Part shown: one piece after another, positions 1 to 12,868 of the stretch
Numbering within the stretch: position 1 is the stretch's first letter
Layout: each line of letters starts with the position of its first letter
Source of the DNA: Macrostomum hystrix
Taxonomy: Eukaryota > Animalia > Platyhelminthes
NCBI GenBank assembly: GCA_950097015.1
Contig: CATNEN010000038.1
Coordinates: 20,646,001 to 20,710,000, forward strand
Reading direction: 5' to 3'
Length of the DNA stretch: 64,000 nucleotides
Notes under the pieces: generated by a model
What the model was told of the DNA's origin: nothing
Database searches by the model: none
The model's input: the letters and a program-made list of their open reading frames with translations, nothing else
Translations under genes and position numbers: made by a program

Positions 1-1146
1 GACTCAAGCACGTGCACGATGTGCTCACTGGTGAGGGCTGTCTAATTATCTAATTATTCAGATCGCGAGTTTTTTCACATTAATGTACTTCTATCGCATT
101 TTTGTACTACTTAGATTATTGTTGTATCATACTACTCAGTTTATTGTTGTATCATACTACTCAGAGTATTGTTGTATCATACTACTCAGTTTATTGTTGT
201 ATCATACTACTCAGTTTATTGTTGTATCATACTACTCAGTTTATTGTTGTATCATACTACTCAGAGTATTGTTGTATCATACTACTCAGTTTATTGTTGT
301 ATCATACTACTCAGATTATTGTTGTATCATACTACTCAGTTTATTGTTGTTTCATACTACTCAGTTTATTGTTGTATCATACTACTCAGTTTATTGTTGT
401 ATCATACTACTCAGTTTATTGTTGTATCATACTACTCAGTTTATTGTTGTATCATACTACTCAGATTATTGTTGTATCATACTACTCAGTTTATTGTTGT
501 ATCATACTACTCAGTTTATTGTTGTATCATACTACTCAGATTATTGTTGTATTATACTACTCAGATTATTGTTGTATCATACTACTCAGATTATTGTTGT
601 ATCATACTACTCAGATTATTGTTGTATCATACTACTCAGATTATTGTTGTATCATACTACTCAGATTATTGTTGTATCATACTACTCAGATTATTGTTGT
701 ATCATACTACTCAGATTATTGTTGTATGATACTACTCAGTTTAATTTTTACTTCTCAGCTCATTATCATATCAGACTGCGATGATTATTTTCTAGTCACA
801 CACTAGTGAGTTTGATGGTATCTTAACATGCTACTAATTATTTCTCTTCATACTACTGCGGTCTTTGTTAAAGTTAAGCTGCTGTGTAATCATAACGCTA
901 GTTTATTTCAAACATTTAAAACATTTTCCAGGAAAATTGGCATTTGACGCCTCCACAATGCAACAGCTGATTAGTGACACTTTGAATTCTGTTAGCGCAG
1001 TCAAACCGCCGATGCCACCGCCCCAGCAACAGCAGCAGCAACAGCAACATCCTCTAAATCAAGAGGCTATCACTCCGACAGACCAGGAGACTGAAATGAC
1101 CCCGGTGCCAATGCATCGACCCGTGTTCACATTTGCTGACGATTGA
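1..1146 (+). CDS. 3' end of an unidentified spliced gene (exons <1..30 and 931..1146), with a Pro/Gln-rich C-terminus
   Basis: GTGAG donor at 31 and TTCCAG acceptor ending at 930. A phase-1 join reads LKHVHDVLTG-KLAFDASTMQQ...PPPQQQQQQQQHP...FADD*. Family not recognised. Confidence 0.6.
104..741. repeat. 25-bp minisatellite (TTATTGTTGTATCATACTACTCAGW), intronic
   Basis: About 25 near-identical units visible directly; source of the ORFs at 83-806. Confidence 0.97.
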
Positions 1147-1551
1147 CTAACAGAAACTAATTTTTTCAACATTTTATCAGAACCACTGTTTGCAGTTTAT
1201 TCCATGACTCATCACTGGCCTCGCACTTTTTGTTGAACTTTTTTGTACACAAGCCGTTGTTGTTTTCATTGAGTTAAATGTTATCTAATATGATTGTTTT
1301 CTCCTATGTTTGTCTATTTTTTCCTTATCTGGTCTGTTATTTTTCTAGTACTAGTAAAGATGATACCCACGTTCTAAATTATATCACTTTAAACGTGTTT
1401 CTATAAGCTATGTAGTAAATGTGAGCATTGACTACTTAATATTAGTATCTCTAAAAGTTTTCATTATCGTTTGGGCTGTTTTTACTAGTTTTTTAGCGTC
1501 TGCTGTTTATTGAAATCATTTTTATAAGTGAAATATTAATTTTATGCTTTG

Positions 1552-2440
1552 AAGCTAGAATCGCAGCAGGAACCGTAGATAGAATCATTGCTAGAATAGC
1601 TAGAATCGCAGCAGGAACCGTAGCTAGAATCGCAGCAGGAACCGTAGCTAGAATCGCAGCAGGAACCGTAGCTAGAATCGCAGCAGGAACCGTAGCTAGA
1701 ATCGCAGCAGGAACCGTAGCTAGAATCGCTGAAAGAACCGTAGATAGAATCATAGCATGAACCGTAGCTAGAATCGCAGCAGGAACCGTAGCTAGAATCG
1801 CAGCAGGAACCGTAGCTAGAATCGCAGCAGGAACCGTAGCTAGAATCGCTGAAAGAACCGTAGATAGAATCATAGCATGAACCGTAGCTAGAATCGCAGC
1901 AGGAACCGTAGCTAGAATCGCAGCAGGAACCGTAGCTAGAATCGCAGCAGGAACCGTAGCTAGAATCGCTGAAAGAACCGTAGATAGAATCATAGCATGA
2001 ACCGTAGCTAGAATCGCAGCAGGAACCGTAGCTAGAATCGCAGCAGGAACCGTAGCTAGAATCGCAGCAGGAACCGTAGCTAGAATCGCTGAAAGAACCG
2101 TAGATAGAATCATAGCATGAACCGTAGCTAGAATCGCAGCAAGAACCGTAGCTAGAATCGCAGCAGGAACCGTAGCTAGAATCGCTGCAAGAACCGTAGA
2201 TAGAATCGCAGCAGGAACCGTAGCTAGAATCGCTGTAAGAACCGTAGATAGAATCGCAGCAGGAACCGTAGCTAGAATCGCAGCAGGAACCGTAGCTAGA
2301 ATCGCAGCAGGAACCGTAGCTAGAATCGCAGCAGGAACCGTGGCTAGAATCGCAGCAGGAACCGTAGCTAGAATCATAGCAAGAACCGTAGCTAGAATCG
2401 CAGCAGGAACCGTAGCTAGAATCGTAGCAGGAACCGTAGC
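1552..2440. repeat. 24-bp (2x12) minisatellite GCTAGAATCGCAGCAGGAACCGTA with a 120-bp higher-order period
   Basis: Units visible directly. The variant pair ...GCTGAAAGAACCGTAGATAGAATCATAGCATGA recurs every 120 bp (about 1728, 1848, 1968, 2088). Confidence 0.97.
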
Positions 2441-3582
2441 AATAATCTTCTTTATTAACAAAATCTCTTACACACTCGATTTAGATAGGTAATTACTTTA
2501 CAGAGTACTATTTGTTTTTCATTTTCGCCTTTGTTTCTTTGTGTACTAATCGGATTATTAAAAAGGTAAAATCTCAGTGTCGTTAGATGTCATTTCATAA
2601 AATGTTAGTATTCTACATTGTATCTGCCAATTGGATATGCGGTAATCTAATATAGCCTTGCCTCTACTATACTTGCTGTAACACAAGCCTGCAGGTGATG
2701 TGATCAATTGCGCCAAGTTTTTTTTTACTTTCTCTACTTTGTTTAAATTTTATTGAGCTTTTTTGTATACACTCTACTAAAATTGCCATGCATCAGACAT
2801 TCATTATTGCAATTCTAATTTATCTTTAAGAGGAGAGCTAAATATGTATTTAAACTATTTTTAATGGTTCCTAGCATTGTTTATTGGCTAGTGAAATATC
2901 TACTAGCTGTAGATAAATTCCTATATTTCTTCTGCATTGTGCTGTTTGTGGTAACATGGTAACATGATAATGGTAGCAGTAGTTTTGTATTATCTGCATT
3001 AGTTATTAATTTATGCTACATATAAAGGTGTGATTTGTTTTTGTTTCATAAAGCATTCTATAAACATTTATTTTTTTTCTAGCATAATTGACTGTTTAAT
3101 ATATAAATATATACTGTTTCACAGTATAATCAGAGTCGCTTGTTGTTTTGGTGTAACTTGATATTGTGTTACATTCTCTTAGCTATTTGAATTGCACAGC
3201 GTTCTGTGGTGTTTTCAGTTTTCGTAAATTTTCTTTACAAAGATGGTCAATGTGATGACTATAACTTTATTAGTCACTTTCATCAAATGTAATATTTATA
3301 TTTTGCTTTTATAACTGTATCTACTCGAAATGAAGTAATAAAAAAGAATATATTATTCTTGTCTTTTTGGTGTTAGTTCAGTCTCTTTACAAATATATTA
3401 AAATATTATTGCATATTTATTGGTCAGATTTAAATTATTATTGAATGTTGAATTGTTTGGAGAAAATCGGAAACATATGTGTTCTTGTTATTCTTTAAAG
3501 TAGTATAGTCAGTAGTTTAAGCAAAACTAAAATCTCGTGGCATCACTAAGCATATTGCAACTGTTCCAGCAACCCGGTGCAA

Positions 3583-4627
3583 ATGTACTTTCTAGTCCTG
3601 TTCTGCGTTTCGCTTTTGCACCAATTGAATGCGCCATTCGCCAAGGTTGAAGAGAGCTTCAATATTCAGGCGACGCATGACATCCTCTATCACAGGTGGA
3701 ATATCAGCGCTGTGGGTGCTTTCAGCTTGTCCTCGTCTTTTGAGTAACCATAAAGTAGATGGATAAGTAAGTAGCTCATATGTGTATCTTTAGCGAAGGA
3801 AACGGCAGTAGAAAAAGCATGCTATTTCCTCCCCAGGGGAAGACCGCGGTGGTATTTCAATACCGGCGTGCCCGGCCAATCATCGCTGGCTGTCTCATCT
3901 TTGTACTCTTGTACAGCTGCCTTCCGCACAAGGAGCTGCGCTTTATAATCTACGCCGTGCCCCTATTGGACACTCCACCTGCTTGGCTGTGCGCGGCAAT
4001 TTTTAGTAACCGCGGGAAATCCCTGGCCTGGCGCTGCCTGGCCTGGTTAGTGATCGGTCATTTGGGCGCCAATTTGTTTGCCACTTGCTTTATGGCCGCG
4101 GCTGCTTCGTGGAATTATCCAGGTGGACAGGTGAGATTTCGGATTTCTTTTAAAAAATATTCTCCTAAAACTAATAGTTTCGTCATATTGCCGATAAGAA
4201 TTTTTAAGTTAAAGGAAAGAACTTATAAAGATATTTTAAATTCGAAACGCAGGCTCTGCTAGACCTGCACTCCAGTCAGTTCCGTCATCCCACCATTGCC
4301 ACCATGCCGAATAATTGTCACGTACACATTGGCAACCTAGCGGCTCAAACTGGAGCCAGCCGTTTTCTCTAACTATTTAACAATGCCGGCTGTATCTACA
4401 ACAAAACAGAAGGCCTACGGAGTCTGTCAGTGTTTCGTCAGTTTAGTCACATGCTGACGGAGCCAGACTTTGCCCAGTCAATTGGCCTAACTCAGGTCTG
4501 CCGAGTGCTGGCCCGGTACAAACTATTTGACGGCTTCGACATCGCTGCTTGCCGCTCTAGCAGCAAGAGACTGGCACCGACTGTTGCGTCTGCGGCCCGC
4601 CCTATTGCTGCTTGAGAGGCTGCGATG
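3583..4627 (+). pseudogene. ALG12: ALG12 (Dol-P-Man alpha-1,6-mannosyltransferase) homologue with an internal deletion and an in-frame stop
   Basis: 3583-3711 reads MYFL...[20 protein letters not shown] (ALG12 N-terminal motif). About 3860-4130 reads YSCLPHKELRFIIY...NYPGGQ. From 4253 it reads ALLDLH...VHIGNLAAQTGASRFL*, with TAA at 4370-4372 inside a conserved motif. The central part of the protein is absent. Confidence 0.8.
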
Positions 4628-5120
4628 AGGCTGACCGGTTTCCTAGCTATGCTGAAGTCAATTTTCAGGCACTTCAGGCATTTTCTCTCTACTTTTAGTA
4701 GGTGAAAGGGAAAATTAGTTACTTTTTGGAATTTGGTTTTTCTATAACTGATCTAAAACATAGTTCTTGGTACTTGGTATTTTGTGCTAGCACTGAACAC
4801 TGAATTGGTAACTCCTCTGCATTTTTATCTTAAGCCAATTTGTTTGAAGCCATCTGTCAATATAATTGCTATTTTGGTGTTATGTTGATTCTAGTTTGTC
4901 TTTTTTTATATATTTCCTACCGGCAATATATTTTACAAAGGCTTTGGGTCTTAAATTATTTTCTTTAAAAATAAAAAACCTTTTTAAAAAACATTCTCTA
5001 TACTTGTAAACTAACGAGCATCTTCTTTGACACTGTTTGAAAACTTTTGAATTGTATATTTTGTTGGGCATTCGCTTGGACGGAATGGGATGGGATGATA
5101 TGGGATAATAATAATATTAA

Positions 5121-5300
5121 TAGTTGGTGACCTGCAGCCAGCGAGGAGGCAATTCTGCCAATTTCGCTGACTTCTGAGCACACACGCACACAGATACTGT
5201 ACGCAGGCACATGCTCACACAGGTGTGTAAATCTGCCCTGACTTTCATTCGTGAGGCCTTGATTCGTGAGGCAAACGCTTTAACCGCTCTGCCACCGACC
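5121..5300 (-). mobile_element. tRNA-derived SINE family A, internally deleted copy
   Basis: Shares GAGGCAATTCTGCC...CTGAGCACACAC...CAGGTGTGT...CCGCTCTGCCACC with the full copy at 23281-23621. Confidence 0.85.
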
Positions 5301-6540
5301 TGCCCTGGCTTGATTCGTGCTTGGACAACAACGTCCTCGTACGTATTGGGGGATGAACAATCATTGTAGCTTTTTTTCACCGCGTATAACAAAAGTAATA
5401 AGACCGAGAATATTTTGCTTTCATAAGCAGATACCAGGAGTTTTAGTAGCTCACTAAATGATCATTGTCACATCATTCATGTACAAGCAATGCACAGCAA
5501 ATAAATAACTGTTCCATCGTCAATCAGTTGACACTGCACTTGCTTTATTTCCTAAAAAATGAGTTATATCATGAATAACTGTCTACTTGTTTTAACTAGT
5601 TGTCCATTGTCGATCGCATATGAAATTCACGCGTCAACACATCTCGGGCATTATTTGTTGTGCTATATTTGCATCCATCGTCAATCGCCGAGTAACATTT
5701 AGCAATATAGAATCTGCTGACACAGTCAGCGTGGAAGGCATTTACGAGTATCTATCAACATTCATTAGTGAGATTTGATTAACTGAATACAGTTTATTTC
5801 GCAATGAAAAAGAGCCGTTTCAAAACACGAACGATGCAAATGTTTATAAGTATTTTAATGATATTTTCGTCTATGGCCTAACCCTTATTTGCTAACAGTA
5901 GAACTAACAAGGATGGAATTCACCCTCTCTGACGAAAAATACATGTATAAACCCTTACAGAAAACCTATAGGCTTGAAACCGCGGTGGATGGCAATGTAA
6001 AATTCGATGCATGGGCTTTAAAGTTTTGAACGAGCTTGTTTTTACCATAGAACATCATGTGAATGATCTCAAGCCAATCAGTGAGATCGTGGGTCTCGAG
6101 AAGCGATTAGCAATCCATTTTCCTATTCAGCCATGGTAAAAAGTCGTCCAAGCTATCCACAACGATTTCAAGCCCATATATACAGGCCCAATGATTTTTC
6201 CTGCGCGCGGACGTAGCTGCAATGCGCGAGCACACGAAACCCAATAAAAGGGGCCAAATTTTTCTGGCGCATCTTCTGAAACAAAAATCAAATCGCCAGC
6301 CTTTCAAGCCATCAAGGTCCGATTTTTCTCGTTAGTGCTAATGTATTCCATACACCCCTATAAACGACCCCTATGGTAGTGTGATGTCTGAGCTTTAGAT
6401 GTCTATGGCCTAACGGCCACCTCAACATTAAAACTGAAGAAATAAAATGAAGTTTACTCTTCGGCGAAAGTAGAGAAACTTGCGTCACGGTGTCCATCAG
6501 GATCGTGCCACTTGTTGAAGGTGTAGCAGCTCCGTGTAAA

Positions 6541-6639
6541 TAAAGGTCGGTGACCACCGAAGTCTAAGATGATGCAGTCACATTCGTATGCTAATGAAGT
6601 TTTAAGGCCTGGCAAGGCCATACTGAGGTGCAAGTGCTA
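6541..6639. repeat. Dispersed ~100-bp repeat (family B), copy 1, adjacent to a SINE A body
   Basis: TAAAGGTCGGTGACCACCGAAGTC...GGCCTGGCAAGGCC...GTGCTA recurs at 13296-13392. Confidence 0.8.
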
Positions 6640-6685
6640 ATTAATAAATTGTTGTGTATAAAACACATGTGTGATGTGTGATGTA

Positions 6686-6900
6686 AGCACACAGATACTG
6701 TACGCAGGCATACGCTGACACAGGTGTGTTCATCTTTCGTGACTTTCTTAGTGCATATATATTCCGTGTGCCTTCGAGGTTGGCCCTCAATGGCGTCTCT
6801 CCGCGGCTGCGCCCCAAATCGTATCACAGCGGAGCGGCATCGCAGCGGAATCGAGCTCAGGGACCTTGGTGCGAGAGGCAAAGGCTCTACCACTCCCCCG
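6686..6900 (-). mobile_element. tRNA-derived SINE family A copy
   Basis: Minus-strand head GGGGGAGTGGTAGAGC (A-box-like) ... GAGCTCGATTC (B-box-like); body matches the other copies. Confidence 0.85.
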
Positions 6901-7857
6901 ACCTTGGTCCCATAATCTGTCTTGAATTTCTTTCATTTTCATAAAAATCCTTCCAGCCAATCAGAAACGGTTCTAGTCTCTCGCCCTTGTCGAATCGTTA
7001 TATATTGATTGCTTGACACAACACAGGTCATACACAGAGATTTTATCATAAAAAAATAATTCTTCATCAATAATTCTTCATCACTTGAGAAAATTGACAT
7101 TGAACATCGAAAGTAAGTAAAAAACAATTATTCAAGGAAACGTTACCATAACCATTTCGACCAATTTTTGTGAAGTTTTAATCCAGTATAGTTAGGTCTT
7201 TATGGAAAAATATCAAGTATTGATTCCGCGAATGAAGTAAACTGCTTTTTTCTAAAAAACAAGAGCACAAAAAACCGAGGCATGAGTCTATACTGAAAAA
7301 CCAAATAGAATTTCTGTAAGAATCTTTGCTGCTAGGATAATCTTTTAAAAAAACTTTTATTACTTTTTTGCTCCTGCGTAGGATAAAAAGGTCTTATCCT
7401 TTCTTATAGTTTCCTTTAAACTATATTTTAGTATCCAGTTTAGGCTAGCAAGCTACTATAAACAACTCAATTGTTGCTTGTCCTTATCCTAGTTCTTTAG
7501 TATATAGTTCTGTTTTTTCTTCTAATACGACGCAATGAATCGGAGATAACGAAACACGGGATGGGAGGCTTCAGTCATGTAGCTGAATTCATTATCAACA
7601 CAGTTTTCACATACTTCTAAATTCTAATGAAGCTTGCGCGACACTGCTAGTTGGAATCATGCCAGCATCGCGTGATTCTCTCTATCTGATATTAATTGTG
7701 CAGAATCACGCGTAGAACGCGTGGCTCGAGGTCACGTGGAAAATTTAGGATTTTTTTATAAGGATTCAAGCATGACTGTAATCTGCACAATCGAATTGAT
7801 GCTGGAGAATATAACCACGCTAATAATTCTGTCGAACCCATTCACAATAACAGAAGA

Positions 7858-9868
7858 ATGGAATTCGGTGTCAATCAAAACGTTAGCAACAGCACCGGGA
7901 ATGACACCGCAGCAACAATCGATCAAGCCGGTTCATTCAAGATTGATCTGGCGTCGTTTCATGCGCCAATTATCGGCCTGGCCTACGCGATCGGGTTCGG
8001 GTCCTTGAGTCTGGGGCTAGTCGGCAATTCGCTTGTGGTGGCACTGTTTCACGGCCGGCGTTGCTTACTGAAAGAGTCGACCCAACTGCTGCTAGTGTTG
8101 CTGGCTCTGAGCGACTCGGCCGTGCTGCTGGTGTCGCTGACCAGGTTGGTCTTAGTTGGACGGGAAACTGCGTTGCTTAGAAAAAGTTTAGAAGGCTTGT
8201 TTTCTTGCGAAAGTACAATCAAGTGATAGTTACGAGCGTTTTCATTTCATTCAACTCATTTAGCTCTTCAAACAACAAAACCACGCGAAAAAAACGAAAA
8301 CTTAGCTATCTGCTTTCTCCGTTCTCTACTCAGTGACTTATTAAAAAATGCTTAACTGTCTTACTAACATAGAAGATCAACTTTTCATTGTAGCAACAAC
8401 TTAGTAACTTATAACAAAAGAAGACCTTTTGATCAGCTCCCTATAAAAACGATCACCGTTTTAATTTTTAAAACATGAAAATTTCCTTTGTCCATAGTGT
8501 ATTTTTTTGCCTCCTAGCCTCCTAAACCTTTTGTAATAAACGTTGTAATAAAGCGTTCTTTTTAATCTAAGTGGTTATTGCGCAAGCTTCAGGGTTGTTC
8601 CTGTCTTACATGCTTCGTTTGGAAGCCAGTGTGCGGCAGTTACAGACTATCGGATAATGACATCCTCATCTGACATCATCTGAGAACCCTACGACCAAAA
8701 AATACGTTGTGGCGTCCGTCCCCTAATCAATTGTGGCAACCCCAATCAATCAATTGTGGCATCCCCAATCAATCAATTGTGGCAACCCCAATCAATCAAT
8801 TGTGGCATCCCCAATCAATCAATTGTGGCAACCCCAATCAATCAATTGTGGCATCCCCAATCAATCAATTGTGGCATCCCCAATCAATCAATTGGGGCAT
8901 CTCCAATCAATCAACTATGGCGTCCAGAAATCAATCATTTAATCAAAGCACTGAGAAGTTATCTGTCTTATTCAATGAAATATAGTTTTCCTTGGGCTGA
9001 GATTTGAACTCCCGACCTATCGGTGAGTCCGAGCTCAAGAGTGCTTACTGACCAATACACATACATGTACCTCAGGTTCATCTCGGTGACAATCTACAGC
9101 TTCGACATCCGTCTAATGAGTCTTACACTTTGCCGCGGCCACACCTTTATCACCTACCTGGTCACGGACTTGTCGAGCTGGTGCCTGTGTCTGATCTGCA
9201 GTGAGCGCTTGCTGTCAGTCCTATCGCCGACAAGCGTTAGAATGCTGTTCCGTCGCAAGAACATTCTAGTTGTCTACGCCTGTCTAGTGCTTGCGTCGGC
9301 AGGGAAAAATGTGGCACTGCTACTCGGCTTGCAGCTGGTGCCAGCCGGTGGCAGCCTCGCTCAGCAGCTGCATGTGCACTGCATCGGCGGCGAACAGGCG
9401 GCCGACGGCGGCCTCGACATGCGCGCCTTCTACCTCACCGACTTCTTCCTGCGCGTCGGCATCCCGGCGGTGTTCATCCTGGGCACCAACCTTGCCATCC
9501 TGTGCCGCCTATCCCACCTGGCCAGGTGTGGCATTGTGTCTAATACATTGCGCAAGGAATTCCGCGTGTTCCGCATGCTTTTGCTGGTTTCTGTGTACTT
9601 CTTTGTCTCCATGCTGCCTGGCAGAGCGTTGTTTCTGTACGAGTTCATCAACTCGGTATCGGGAAGTCGGCGAGTTCTGTTAGACTTCGTCTACAATCTA
9701 CTGATCATTGTGGCCTACACAAACCATGCTATCAATTTCTACCTATATCTGGCCTCATCTTCTAGCATTCGAACTATGTTGGTTGTCATGGTAACCACTA
9801 GACGACGCAGCAACGCAGTTAAGCCGATAGTCGCGTTGACAAGAAAACATGCGACTGTTGCGGAGTGA
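7858..9868 (+). CDS. Rhodopsin-family (class A) peptide-type GPCR, FMRFamide/sex-peptide-receptor-like; exons 7858..8144 and 9076..9868
   Basis: N-glycosylation sequons at the N-terminus, TM1 GLVGNSLV, TM2 LALSDS, TM3 CRGH...ERLLSV, TM7 NHAINFYLY. The phase-2 GT-AG join gives LTR-FIS. AATAAA at 9907. Confidence 0.9.
8722..8930. repeat. 23-bp minisatellite CCCCAATCAATCAATTGTGGCAW in the GPCR intron
   Basis: About 9 units visible directly. Confidence 0.95.
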
Positions 9869-9939
9869 ATGACCGAGGAAAATCATCTGTGACCATTCTA
9901 ATTAGTAATAAAAATAACTTATTACACCTGCCCATTTAG

Positions 9940-10090
9940 TTCCCATGTGCAGCAATTTGAAGGCAGTGGATAACTGTTCAGTCCATGGACTGGGGAGACA
10001 CCATACCCACCCTCAAATTCCGCAGCTAGTGCTGGTACCCATTTAACAGCTGGGTGAACTGAAGCAATGCACAGTTAAGTGTCTTGCTAA
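9940..10090 (-). mobile_element. CORE-type SINE, 5'-truncated copy
   Basis: The reverse strand reads TTAGCAAGACACTTAAC...GCTTCAGTTCACCCAGCTGTTAAATGGGTACC...GTCCATGGACTGAACAG, matching 46980-47130 and the CORE-domain pattern. Confidence 0.8.
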
Positions 10091-10225
10091 TAAACAATAA
10101 AATGTATTCTATTCGGAGTACGTGATTTTAGAAATATACCAAACAAAAATGTTTCTATTTTATTCGTTTTTCTTATCTAAAGTAAGACTCATTGAGCCCT
10201 GTCTCATATAGCATTGAGCCCTCTC

Positions 10226-10645
10226 TCCTGTCTCATCTCGACCCTGTCTCCGCTCCGCCGTGTCTCATCTCTTTCCAGTCTCATCTCTACCCTGTCTCAT
10301 CTCTCCCCAGTCTCATCTCTCCCCAGTCTCATCTCTCCCCTGTCTCATCTCTCCCCAGTCTCATCTCTCCCCAGTCTCATCTCTCCCCTGTCTCATCTCT
10401 TCCCTGTCACATATCTCCCCTGTCTCATCTCTCCCCAGTCTCATCTCTCCCCAGTCTCATCTCTCCCGTCTCATCTCTCCCCAGTCTCATCTCTCCCGTC
10501 TCATCTCTCCCCTGTCTCATCTCTCCCGTCTCATCTCTCCCCTGTCTCATCTCTCCCGTCTCATCTCTCCCCTGTCTCATCCCTCCCCTGTCTCATCTCG
10601 CTCCTGTCTCATCTCTACCCAGTCTCGTCCCTCCCGTGTCTCATC
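10226..10645. repeat. 16-bp (with 14-bp variant) pyrimidine-rich minisatellite TCTCATCTCTCCCCWG
   Basis: Units visible directly; source of the ORFs at 10192-10695. Confidence 0.95.
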
Positions 10646-11433
10646 GCTCTATTGTCAATCCAGTGTTTAATTGTCTATCTATTTTAGAGATCTAATAGTT
10701 TAAACACGATTTTCACGTACCAAAGCGTCATATCTACCTGCGATACTTTTTAATTGTTACAGATTTTTATTATTGATCTGACGTAATAGGACTTTTTTTA
10801 TAAGCCTTAACTTATAGAAATGGCAATATTCAATTGAAACGATATCGACGAACGAAGACTCGACAAACGATGGATGTTCCTTAATGTTAAACACAAGCTG
10901 GTTCAAACTTCAAACAAGGTTGTTTATCTACTAAATGACTTGTCTTGTCATGTATCATCATGTTGCAACAGGCAGCTCAGAATTTAATGCTAAACCATTG
11001 AGAGCTAAAGCAAGCATAATTTCCCTTTTTTATTATATACCTTCCGTTTGATGCTTCATTTGGTCCTTGAGGCTTTGTTTGAGGCAATTTCCGAAAGTTC
11101 CGGCTGAACACACGACTATAGAGAGGAAGCATATCTGTAGATTGGCAATCTGTTTGTTAGCGATATAATAATCATATCATGATGATGGCAGACAGTGGCC
11201 AGCTGTTTAACGAAAAATTCTTTTTCTGTATAGCTTAAGACAGACTATTCTGTCTCCTGAGCAATTTGAGCTCACACAGGTGTTTTAAACCGAAATGAAA
11301 GCGCTGCCTATTCCCTTGAGAATTCTTGAGCAAAGGATTCGATTTCTACCAGCTTGAGAAAATTTGGATTTAAAGAAAAAAAATCGACTCGGACACAGAT
11401 GAATCTCGACAGTGAAATCAAGATGGTCAGCCA

Positions 11434-11640
11434 TTTGGGCGCAGCCGCGGAAGGAAGGCTTGGGACCCTTGAGGGCCAACCTCCAAGGCATAGTGAGAGT
11501 ATACACAGCCTGACGATGAGAAAGTCAAGGCAGATGCGCACCTGTGTGAGCGTGTGCCTGACTATCTGAGTGCGTGTGTGCTCAGGAGTCAACAGAATGG
11601 GCAGAATTGCTTCCTCGCTGGCTGCGGTTCTAGTGTCACA
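11434..11640 (+). mobile_element. SINE family A copy (head missing)
   Basis: GAGGGCCAACCTCCAAGGCA...CTGACGATGAGAAAGTCA...CTCAGGAGTC...GGGCAGAATTGC is the reverse complement of the other copies. Confidence 0.85.
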
Positions 11641-11657
11641 AAATGCGAAGACAAGCG

Positions 11658-12446
11658 TCGGTTGACAAAACTCGGTTAACAAAACTTCAGTAGACAAAGC
11701 TCGGTAGACAAACCTCGGTAGACAAAACTCGGTTGACAAAATTCGGTTGACAAAACTCAGTTGACAAATCTCGGTTGAAAACCTCGGTTGATAAAACTCG
11801 GTTGACAAACCTCGGTAGACAAAACTCGGTTGACAAACCTCAGTCGACAAACCTCGGTTGAAAAAACTCAGTAGACAAACTTCGGTAGACAACGCTCGGT
11901 TGACAAAACTCGGTTGACAAATCTCGGTTGAAAACCTCGGTTGATAAAACTCGGTTGACAAACCTCGGTAGACAAAACTCGGTTGACAAACTCGGTTGAC
12001 AAAACTCAGTAGACAAACTTCGGTAGACAACGCTCGGTTGACAAAACTCGGTTGACAAATCTCGGTTGAAAACCTCGGTTGATAAAACTCGGTTGACAAA
12101 CCTCGGTAGACAAAACTCGGTTGACAAACCTCAGTTGACAAAACTCGGTTGACAAACCTCAGTCGACAAACCTCGGTTGAAAAAACTCAGTAGACAAGGC
12201 TTGTTTGACAAGGCTCGTTAGACAAAATTTGGTTGACAAACCTCAGTCGACAAACCTAGCTCGGTTGACAAAGCTCGGTAGACAAAACTCGGTTGACAAA
12301 CTCGGTTGACAAAACTCAGTAGACAAACTTCGGTAGACAACGCTCGGTTGACAAAACTCGGTTGACAAACTCGGTTGAAAAAACTCGGTTGACAAACTCG
12401 GTTGACAAAACTCGGTTGACAAACCTAGGTTGACGAAGCTCGGTTG
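11658..12446. repeat. ~14-bp minisatellite CTCGGTTGACAAAM with larger block duplications
   Basis: Units visible directly; begins within about 20 bp of the end of a SINE A copy. Confidence 0.95.
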
Positions 12447-12868
12447 ATCAGACACGTCTTGGTATATAAAGGTCACTCAGCTGCGCACAATACTTAGTGA
12501 ACAAAACTTCGTACGCTAACTGCAGTGGACAATCTCGGCGGTTAATCTCCGCATTAATTTCTTTGATTCTAATTCCTACTTACAGTAGTAAATATTTAAC
12601 AGTTAGTGCTTAGTGCTTTATGATTGGGAGCAGCAATCATCTTCAGTATAAAACAAAATTGAAAGACGAAAATAAATGGATCCTTATCTAATGCCTAAAT
12701 ATAATTTAATGCTTAAATCGCATATGCTTTTGACATAGACGGTATAAAAATGTCTCTGAATTTTGAATTGTTTATTCTGAATAATCTATTTTCGATATCA
12801 GTTGAGAATAAACTAATAGCGGCGGCTGTATTACACACCCATGCAAGTCTGCTTGCCGAACATCGCCC

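Noticed and set aside
5137-5150. Minus-strand GCCTCCTCGCTGGC in SINE A, matching the P3/L3 of the genomic HDV ribozyme as I recall it
   Set aside because: No upstream 7-bp P1 partner and no GG for P1.1 at the right position; the motif varies between copies. An HDV-descriptor search (RNArobo) on the SINE consensus would settle it.
11505-11535. CTGACGA...GAAA in SINE A resembling a hammerhead core
   Set aside because: Only 3 nt lie between the two core halves and there is no stem III; the sequence is better explained as a simple hairpin.
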